Shown here: piece by piece, positions 54,567 to 64,000 of the stretch
Numbering within the stretch: the first letter of the stretch is position 1
Layout: the number at the start of each line of letters is the position of its first letter
Origin: Gnetum montanum
Taxonomy: Eukaryota > Plantae > Gnetophyta
Length of the DNA: 64,000 nucleotides
Assembly (NCBI GenBank): GCA_015680685.1
Contig: MNCI01000668.1
Coordinates: forward strand, 1,296,715-1,360,714
Reading direction: 5' to 3'
Program-made: the position numbers and the translations under genes
The notes under the pieces: generated by a model
What the model saw: the letters and a program-made list of their open reading frames with translations, nothing else
Told to the model about the DNA's origin: nothing
Database searches by the model: none

Positions 54567-56900
54567 ATGCAAACCATGAGTTCAAACACAGTGGCAAGTT
54601 CTCAAAATATAAGAGTCAACCAAATATTAAGTAATGTGACCACAATGGGAGGAACCACTCAACCATTGAATACACTAAATCTACAAACCCCAAACACATT
54701 GGTAGCCTATATTTCCATACAAAGTCCAATTATAACTCCAACAATAACTACTACTTTGGAAATTGGATATCCTTCACACCATATACCTCCTCCACTTTCA
54801 TCTGGCTTAATTCCTTTTTCCTTTGGTAGTATAGATTCTAATATTCCAATTGGACAGGCCTACCAAGAACAAACTGTTAGGGACTTATTAAACTAGAGAA
54901 CATCAATAATAGCTTAACGTCCATTAGTTTTTCCCCAAGGTAGAGAGGCTGAAGTAAAAAACATTCATTTACTACCTATTTTTAAAGGGACCAATGATGA
55001 ATACCCAATCACTCATATAAAAGAATTTGAAACCACACTAGCAATGTTAGCACCTCAAAGTGGTGATCGAACTAAGATGATTGCCTTTAAATCAACCTTA
55101 AAGGATAAAGCTAATTTTTGGCTACAAATCCTTAGGATAGATATTAGTGCATGGGATGAATTCAAGGCTACCTTTCTCCAAAGATTTCTTTCCAATGATA
55201 GGTTGTACTCATTAAGAAAGCAACTAATGAGTTTGATTCAACAAGAAGATGAGGATTATGAGAGTACTTTTGATAGGTTTAAAGGGTTGTGCTTAAAAAC
55301 TCCCAACCATGGATTTCCAACCCACCAACTTATCCAAATCTTTGTAGAAGGTCTATTACCATATTGTAGGCAAAATGTTGACTTTGCGTGTGGTGGAAAT
55401 ATATTGAATGTAACATTGGAGGATGGCTAGAGGATAATAGATTCATTAGTAGATCAAACTAAGAAATGGTCAAAATCCAATGTCATGCAAGGCATGACCC
55501 AACAAACTAAACAATTAAGTGGATGAGTTGACACGTTTAATAAAGAAACAAGTTCATGTGGTGCAAAGTAAAGTATGTAATCTTTGTGGTAGCCAACAAC
55601 ATGATTTCATCATTTTCCCAACCTTGGCATATTCTCATGAGGAAGTACAAGAATCGGTGAAGGCTTTTCAACAATATAGAAGCTAACCAAAAATCCCCTT
55701 CCAATAAGGGGCACCTTTCCAACAAAAATATCCTCAAAATAATTATAGACCTTTTAAGATCCCAACTAGTGAACACTTGAATAAAATCACTTAAATTCTT
55801 ACTTTATTGAAGAAAGTAGGCAATTCATAAATGAAACATCCTTCTCAACCTGAGCCAAATCCTACATCTCAAAGGAAGGGTAAGGAATAATTTCATTTCA
55901 TTTGGAAAGACTATTGAGCCTAGACCCTAGAAGAATGTTAGCTTTCAACAAGTTGAGACACAAGAAAAGAATTAGCCACATGTATTAAATAAGGAGAAAA
56001 GTAATAAACCAATAAGAAAAAGAGAACAACCATTAACCTCTTCCCCTTTACCTAGGCAAATAATTTTACCTCCTTTTCCTAAAAGATTGCAAGAAGAATT
56101 TACAACCAAAGCCCAAATAGAAAAAATGTTTAATGAGTTATATTTGCATATTCCTTTAGAACAAGCTATAAAACATACACCTATTTATGCTAAATACTTA
56201 AGGGAATTATGCACAAGAAAAGATAAAAGAAAAGATTCCTGGAAAAGTTTATTTGGTTAATAATTTTTCTTAACTTATAAAAATCCAAGAAGTTCTAAAA
56301 TACCAAGATCCAGGGGTTCACACAATTCCAATTAAGATAAATGAACAAAATATTGAGAATGCCCTATTGGATCTAAGATCTAGCATCAATATTATGCTTC
56401 TTGAAATAGCTAGGTCACTCAATTTAGAGGATATAAGGAAGGTAAATATGACAATATCTTTGGCTAATGGCTCCAATGTAAAATCCATAGGTGTAGTGGA
56501 AGATATAATAATGGAGGTTGAAAGAGGAAACTACTTGGTTGATTTTGTTTTGTTGGAAGTAAAAGATCTAGATTCTTTCCCCATCATACTAGGTAGACCT
56601 TAGTTACCTATAGCTGATGTGGTAATACATTGTAGATCAAGGCAACTCCAATTATCTTTTGTAAATATTACTTTCATGCTTAATATATATGTTAGAGTAA
56701 AGGAGGTTTGTAACCAGCTTTCAGAGGTTTGGTCTACCCAACATGAGATTCTAACAGTGCTAGAGAGGATTAGCTCAACCCTTATCACCATGGATAAGAG
56801 GTTGATGGACATTGAAAAACATGTCCAACCTCAAATTCGAGATGATGATCAAGGGGCAGAGCCCTCTCATTTCAATGAAGACATGGAGGTGGATGGATAA
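54567..56900 (+). pseudogene. gag-protease of element I with short coiled-coil-like tail
   Basis: LPIFKG..DEYPITHIKEF; LKDKANFWL..WDEFKATFLQRF; CNLCG..QH knuckle; ALLDLRSSINIM..VDFVLLE..PIILGRP; in-frame tail ending EDMEVDG*. Confidence 0.9.
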
Positions 56901-57281
56901 TCAAAGGATTGATCCTTACCTTAATTTTTATCTTATTTTGTTATTTTCATGGCCATGTAGCCATTGAGGTGATACATGAATAATTTAATTCTTATTTTTA
57001 AATTAGAACTATGATGGATGGATGGTTAATGCTTAATTTCTTTTCTTTTTTTTGTTTATGCATGTACATCATCTGATTATAATGTTATTCACTTTGATTT
57101 TTCTTTGCAAAAGGATATCAATTGGAATATTATGCCAGTATATATCAAATTGTAGTTTCATTGTTTCAACTAGCTATTTTATTAGTGGTGTTATGTAAGT
57201 CAAAAATTGATATATATTTGGAAACCTATATAGTTTTCACCTCAATTGGCCAATCACTAGCCAAAGGCTAGTTGGGAACTG

Positions 57282-58220
57282 TGTTGAACCCCCAATTGTT
57301 CCAATTTTTAACTTGTTAAACCTTAATATATTTTTTTGTTACTCTTTTACCTTATCGAAGGTTATCGATTTTTTCAATAACTATAGATAAGTGCTAATTG
57401 CTTTATTAAGTCTTTATTATGACAAGTCGTTATGGGATTGGCAAAAATTGATTCAAAACATATTGATCTTTGTAGCTAGCATGACACAAATCGATAACAT
57501 TGAATTATGATAAAAACCACCTCACCAAGGATTCAAGATATCAATTTATGTCACTAGGGCAATCCAAATTGGTCATTGAAGAATATAGATACCATGATAC
57601 AACTTGATACTTTGTAACTGATTGACATCAAGTTCTTCGATGCAAATCGACTTTCCCAAATAATGATTTTCCTAATTTTTGTCAAGTCTTCTTTTGTATA
57701 AATGAAGAGGGTGGATGTTTAATACGGAATTTTTGGCCAAATTCCAAAGAAACCCATGCCAAATTGAATCCTTTCTTGAGTTCTTGTATTGAAAGTTATT
57801 AAGGAAGATTTTTGAGACTTTGTGGCAATTAACAACCATTTGATGTTTTATGAGGGTGTGAAGTTGCTAGTGTTGTAAAGATAGCCAACTAGGGTCACAT
57901 ATTAGGTGACATCTCCTTTGTAATCTTCTAACATTTATGTTAATTTTATATGTTTTTAATTTGATTTAATCATTTGTTTCCACCTTTGAACTTAAGATTA
58001 GAAGTTAGGGTGATGATTTGGATTTTACTTATGAGTGATAGTCATAAATGTGGAGTTTCAATTGAATTTGAATCTAATCATATATTTTCTTAATGATCTT
58101 TTTGACTTTAAACCATTCCTCCACAAATACGACTCACAAGTTACTCACAAATGACGTGACATTTCTACAACAAAGATAACAATGAAGGTAACTCAACACT
58201 AAATGTTGGTTGGCTCATTA
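57282..58220 (+). repeat. 3' LTR of element I
   Basis: Colinear with 53008-53944. Confidence 0.9.
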
Positions 58221-58329
58221 AACTATGTGTCTTATTATTAGTTTTTGAAAATGTATTTTGGCATTTTATTTTATTTTTGAGAAATAAAAGTAACTATTTT
58301 AGGCAAGAAAATCCCTCACTATAAATAGT

Positions 58330-58811
58330 TTTGCTACCTAGGATCAATCCCCAAGTCAGATGGTGAAATTGATAAAGATATCAAAAATAGAATTTCAAGA
58401 AAGAGGATCAAAATGAAGATATGCTAGTGGTGTTCTATGTGATACAAAAATCCCAATAAAATTAAAGAGGAAATTTTACAAGATAAAAATTAGGCCTACT
58501 ATCTTATATGTTATTGAATGTTCAGCAGCACAAAAGAGGCATAAACAACAAATCAATGTGGCAAAAAATGTGGATGCTTCAGTAAGTGTTGAATGTTACT
58601 AGAAGAGATAATCAACATAATACAAACATTAGAGGAAGACTTGGAGTAGCTTCTATTTTAGATAAGCTATAAGAACGATGGCTTAGATGGTTTGAACATG
58701 TGCAAAGAAGACAATGAGCCTATAAGCAAAGGTTGCTACATCGTTGTTCTAGAAAAGTCACTAAAAGAAAGGCAAAAGAAGACATGGGAAAACATTATTG
58801 AAGATGATTTG
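58330..58811 (+). pseudogene. RTE-clade LINE ORF C-terminal remnant
   Basis: With frameshifts: YLGSI..DGEIDKDIKNRI..RYASGVLCDTKIPIKLKRKFYK..IRPTILY..EC..LGVASI.DKL.ERWLRWFEHVQRR..RQKKTWENIIEDDL, matching the plant RTE C-terminal pattern. Confidence 0.85.
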
Positions 58812-60327
58812 TGAAACACCACAAAAATTTCAGCAACACTTCCAGAAAACTTCAGAGCCTCTGAAATGGCTTCAAGTAGCCCACCATGGAGCAAGCAAGG
58901 TTCCCCTGGGGCCCACAGATCACAACGATGCTACACAGCGTAAGGATCAGCGTCACCAACTTTTGGAGCCCCGAAATTGAGTCAAAACAAGCCAAAATCG
59001 AGCACAAGGATCCCCCATGACCTTCACCAAGGTCCCTAGCAGCTCCCAATCTCCAGAAAATCAAGATTTGGGCCTCAAATGTGCCATTTTGACTTGGTGA
59101 CGCTGGGGTTTTTTTTTTTTCCAAACGTTGCACAGCGTAAGGATCAGCATCGCCAATTTTTAGAGCCCCAAAACTAAGCCAAAATGACTTGATTTTAAGG
59201 GTGTAAGTCATCCTCAAGGTCCACTGTTGATAACTATGGATCCCAGCCTTCAGAAATTCCAGATTTCAGCCCAAAATTGCAAGTTTTGGAGGCCACACTA
59301 CAAGTCGCGCTGGATGCTAGACAAGTGAGGCGGTGTTAATCCTTCTTGATTTTCTATTTCAAGAAATCTATAAAATGGAAAAGGGATATGGAAGCCCATG
59401 CAAAATCAGGCCAAATATTCAGCAAAAAAAAAATATAATTTTCCAAGCGGGCCAGAGTTGGAGCAAATCTTTTTAAATTTTTAAAATTTATTTTATTTTT
59501 TTTTATCACTCAAGGGCTTGTATTTCTAAAATTATTTGTATTTTTATGGGCTGGAATGACCCATAAGTTGTAAAATACATTGAATCTGGTCAAGGAAGGA
59601 AAATTGCCAACACACATCCAACTCATGTACAACTTTCAAGCATAGATACATTGAACCTGGTCAAAGCAAACCCTAGCCAAAAACCCTAGCCCAGCCCTAT
59701 AAATACCCCATCAATTCACACAAATTGGAGGAGGAAAGAGAAGCAGAAGCAAAAGCAGCAAGAGAGAAGCGAGAGGAAGAGGCAAAGATTGGAGAGATTG
59801 GAAATTCTAAAGGAGGACAGAATTTGCAATCCTTGGGCGCTCGGCACATCCGATTTTTGGCTTCCAAGTTCTTCTCACATCATCGCATCATCGTGTCATA
59901 TCTTTCCAGGGCTAGGCATTTGACTTGTCATTCACACTTGTGCAACTACGCTTTGACCGGTGCACATCTTTTTAAAACAATATAATACAGTTTCATTATT
60001 GCCTCCCATTTACATTGTTTAAGTTCTGTTTATGCTTTGCAAATATAACTTTGTTTATGCTTTATTCATAATTCAGTACGCTTTATTTACATTTCGTATC
60101 GTTGTCTACGTTTCGTTTACATCCTATTTACAATAACCCCAACGCTAGCCATAGCTTACGCTCGGGGAAGTCCTTGGTTGATTTGTGTGCAAACCATCCA
60201 AGGCACCTTTCCTTTGTTCCCTTTTCCAGCTTGCCCTCAAGCAAAGGCAGGGTCAGCTGTGGCTGCCCAACGATCTCTCGATGTTTGTTTCCCTTCCAGC
60301 CTTACACCGACGATTTAGGTCAATACA
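58812..60327 (+). repeat. 5' LTR of element F
   Basis: TGAAAC...AATACA followed by a T-run and the PBS; TATAAATA at 59698; ~197-bp internal repeat (58930 vs 59127). Confidence 0.85.
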
Positions 60328-60332
60328 TTTTT

Positions 60333-60349
60333 TGGCGCTAGAAGGAGGG
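60333..60349 (+). promoter_or_regulatory. tRNA-Asn PBS of element F
   Basis: TGGCGCTAGAAGGAGGG is the complement of the plant tRNA-Asn(GUU) 3' end as I recall it (CCCTCCTTCTAGCGCCA). Confidence 0.8.
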
Positions 60350-60409
60350 CCACTTTCTTGTTATTAATCAAAACCTCACTACCTATCAAAACTCATCAAT
60401 CTTGCCCAT

Positions 60410-63400
60410 TTGAGTCTCTTCATCCCTGTTGATCACACTAAGCTTGTGTCACCCCACACTACAACTGCTTACGATCCAACTCCATTCGTCTATCCCAGTC
60501 CATTCACATTTATCATGGAATCTTCCCAAGTCAACCCAGTAACACTACCAATTGCTTCAAACCCTGTGACTGCTACGGAATCTATAACCGTTATTGAACA
60601 CATAAATCCTCAAGGCCCTACACGCCAATCCCTCAGGCTACAAGGCAAAGGCCCTATTCACGCAACTCTTACACCTGAACAATATAATTTTATCTATGTT
60701 AAGATCCAAGCCAACCTACCTATTGATCGTATAGAGAGGGAAGCTAAGCGAAAATATGAATTCATCCATAAAGGAGGACGTGAATTTATCCCTTCAGCTT
60801 TTGACATAATCCCACTAATCCCACTATCTGAAAACCATCATAAACTCATATCCCAACTTCTTATGACTAGAAGTCAAGCCTTACAACTACCTCCCATAGA
60901 GCCTCAACACGAAGAAGATGACTTTGCAGCCCAATCTGAACATGGAGAATCATACCATACTGTTAGCCCCCATGCCCACACAAACCTACTATCCCATCCT
61001 TTCCTAGAAGAAACTATGTTTCCTTCTTCATCCACAAACATTCAAGCACCTGTTTCCCATTCCATCCCTATCTTCTCCATGCTCAATAACATTCACTCTG
61101 ATGCATCCACTTCCATCATTCCTCCACCAATACAGTCCCAACAACTCACCCAAACCAACGCAGGGTCAATCCTCCAACGTCAAGTAATTGAAATACCGTC
61201 AGTCATCCCAGCTTCCACATCCACCCATTACATACCCCATGTGCAAATTCATAGGACACCATTAATTACTCCTACCCAACATGTTCAAGGTGTTGCCTCA
61301 CAACCTGTGGCTGGGCAATGGGTTCCACCAGTAGTCTCAGTCCCNNNNNNNNNNNNNNNNNNNNNNNNNNNNNNNNNNNNNNNNNNNNNNNNNNNNNNNN
61401 NNNNNNNNNNNNNNNNNNNNNNNNNNNNNNNNNNNNNNNNNNNNNNNNNNNNNNNNNNNNNNNNNNNNNNNNNNNNNNNNNNNNNNNNNNNNNNNNNNNN
61501 NNNNNNNNNNNNNNNNNNNNNNNNNNNNNNNNNNNNNNCCCCATGTAATCTTGCAAGTGTTTGCAATGTCCTTAACTGGAAAAGCCTTAGATTGGTACCG
61601 ATCTCTACCCCATAGCTCCATATCTTCTTTAGAGAATTTGTTGCATCAATTTTTCACCCGTTTCAAATACAATCTGAAACCTGAAGCCACATTAGATAGC
61701 TTGATTCAAATTAAACAAGCACCATTAGAGCCAGCGCAGAAATTTATCCAAAGGTGGAGTGCAGCCTTAAACGAACTTCATGAACCTATCCCCGAAACAT
61801 ATTTACTCACTATCCTTAAGTCAGCCGTGAATGACTTTATTAAGTCAAAACTTTACTACCTAAAAGCCCACACATTGAGCCAAGCATTCGTACAAATCAA
61901 AGACATAGAAGAAGCGGCATAATCAAGCAATGACCCAGCTTATGTGGCCTATAAAAACCAACATACTCGTAAGCAAAATACAACTGAGGCAATAGTAGCC
62001 ACAATCACAAAAGCAATCAATTGGGGCCCAAAAGCTAAGCAACCTAAAGTCCTAGCTAACAAAGCCACCAAATTTGATGCCAACTCACCTACATCGATAG
62101 GGGCCACGCCAAAACCCAACTTTCAGCGCAAGGACCACTCAAAGTATACACCACTACCGATGAAACCCTCTCAACTATTGGAGCAACTCTTGAAAGCTGG
62201 GAAAATCCAACACAAACACGTGTCAGAGATTATTCGCCAAAAACATGACAGGTACTGTGAGCTACTAAGGAACCCCACCTTAGTAGTACCAAATGAGCCT
62301 ATGGTCCCACAACATTTTAAATTGGACCAATACTATCATTACCATCAAATGGCTGGTCACAGTACAGACAACTGTCGTGCCTTGCAAGATGACCTACAGG
62401 GAATGATAGAAGAAGGCCAACTAATGATTGATACAACAAGTCAATCCAACATAGATGATGCCTCCTATGACATAAACTCAATTAGCATAGGTGGAAAGCC
62501 CAAACCTATGCAAAAACCTTTTGTGATCCGTGTGCCTCCCAGTAAGGCAAGGATTCCCCTAGCATCCACAAACAAGAGGCCTCCCTTTATTATCAAGGTA
62601 CCACCCCAGGCACCCACAACACCCTTTGTGGTCAAGGCTCCACAGACATCGTCCGCTAAGACGTTAAACTGGCATGACGNNNNNNNNNNNNNNNNNNNNN
62701 NNNNNNNNNNNNNNNNNNNNNNNNNNNNNNNNNNNNNNNNNNNNNNNNNNNNNNNNNNNNNNNNNNNNNNNNNNNNNNNNNNNNNNNNNNNNNNNNNNNN
62801 NNNNNNNNNNNNNNNNNNNNNNNNNNNNNNNNNNNNNNNNNNNNNNNNNNNNNNNNNNNNNNNNNNNNNNNNNNNNNNNNNNNNNNNNNNNNNNNNNNNN
62901 NNNNNNNNNNNNNNNNNNNNNNNNNNNNNNNNNNNNNNNNNNNNNNNNNNNNNNNNNNNNNNNNNNNNNNNNNNNNNNNNNNNNNNNNNNNNNNNNNNNN
63001 NNNNNNNNNNNNNNNNNNNNNNNNNNNNNNNNNNNNNNNNNNNNNNNNNNNNNNNNNNNNNNNNNNNNNNNNNNNNNNTAGCAAGCAACAACTGAACACT
63101 GGGGCCCCTACCCCTAAGCAAACCAAGCCTAAGTCCCCCTCCCGAGAGGTCTATCTCTCAAGCTTCANNNNNNNNNNNNNNNNNNNNNNNNNNNNNNNNN
63201 NNNNNNNNNNNNNNNNNNNNNNNNNNNNNNNNNNNNNNNNNNNNNNNNNNNNNNNNNNNNNNNNNNNNNNNNNNNNNNNNNNNNNNNNNNNNNNNNNNNN
63301 NNNNNNNNNNNNNNNNNNNNNNNNNNNNNNNNNNNNNNNNNNNNNNNNNNNNNNNNNNNNNNNNNNNNNNNNNNNNNNNNNNNNNNNNNNNNNNNNNNNN

Positions 63401-63700
63401 NNNNNNNNNNNNNNNNNNNNNNNNNNNNNNNNNNNNNNNNNNNNNNNNNNNNNNNNNNNNNNNNNNNNNNNNNNNNNNNNNNNNNNNNNNNNNNNNNNNN
63501 NNNNNNNNNNNNNNNNNNNNNNNNNNNNNNNNNNNNNNNNNNNNNNNNNNNNNNNNNNNNNNNNNNNNNNNNNNNNNNNNNNNNNNNNNNNNNNNNNNNN
63601 NNNNNNNNNNNNNNNNNNNNNNNNNNNNNNNNNNNNNNNNNNNCCACCTTCCATACGAAGGTGGTCAAGTTATCATCCATGGTGATAATGTTTCCTCTTC
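60410..63700 (+). pseudogene. gag(-protease) of element F, interrupted by gaps and one in-frame TAA
   Basis: FAMSLTGKALDWYRSLP..FFTRF..LIQIKQ..FIQRW (Retrotrans_gag); YHQMAGHSTDNC (Tat/Ogre knuckle); LPYEGGQVIIHGD resembles the protease end. 61551 and 61944 are in the same frame across the TAA at 61920-61922. Confidence 0.85.
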
Positions 63701-64000
63701 GACTATCCACGACATAGACATGGTGCAAGTTTTGGAAGAAGAGTTTCTTAATGGTACACCTACGACAACCAATGCAATACTTAAGGCTAACACACCCGAA
63801 CGAGTGGTTGAAGCTGACAACCCCCCACAGGACCCTATACCTTGCATGCTCCCTAATCCATGCCTAGTTAGGAAGCAACTACATGACCAAGACTCTCCCT
63901 TGGCTGAAAATGTGCTTGATACTTGCCTACCTTCTACCTACCCCTCTTACATGCATTTTTTGACTTTTGTTTACATTGCCTATGCGTTTACATTTTGCTT

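Larger units (their letters stand above)
53008..58220 (+). mobile_element. Element I: 5.2-kb non-autonomous Athila-like element (gag + protease only)
   Basis: LTRs 53008-53944 and 57282-58220; TSD AGCTA/AACTA; tRNA-Asp PBS; no RT, RNase H or integrase. Confidence 0.9.
58812..64000 (+). mobile_element. Element F: relatively young Tat/Ogre-like Ty3/gypsy element (5' part, gapped)
   Basis: 1516-bp LTR, undamaged tRNA-Asn PBS, long gag ORF; CpGs retained. Confidence 0.85.

Noticed and set aside
59725-60367. Short ORFs in the F LTR (e.g. MEEEREAEAKAARE)
   Set aside because: Purine-rich R/U5 sequence after the TATA box; no domain support.
61272-63728. Long ORFs made of X
   Set aside because: Produced by assembly N gaps.

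Overview
This AT-rich, CpG-depleted window looks like eukaryotic (land-plant-type) DNA. It contains no recognisable host gene and is a nest of old, mostly decayed retroelements. Several Athila-like Ty3/gypsy elements with a tRNA-Asp PBS are present: A 2613-8941(-), C ~19781-26150(+), G/D ~26165-31697(-), H ~31700-34250(-), B 36568-45706(-) and I 53008-58220(+). Other pieces are a decayed chromovirus (Tekay-like) pol at ~12150-15242(-), an orphan integrase, an RTE-type LINE remnant at ~58330-58811, and two Tat/Ogre-like LTRs. One of those is a truncated LTR, E (28827-~30570); the other starts the young element F (58812 to window end, tRNA-Asn PBS, assembly gaps). Four points stand out. (1) Both Tat LTRs carry a ~180-200 bp tandem array with palindromic cores, and the cores show an apparent compensatory change between the two LTRs. 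(2) All two-LTR Athila-like copies lack integrase, and A and I are Gag-protease-only yet keep target-site duplications. (3) B carries an env-like ORF behind a splice acceptor. (4) Every PBS substitution is C>T or G>A. Everything was read by eye; boundaries marked ~ are approximate.
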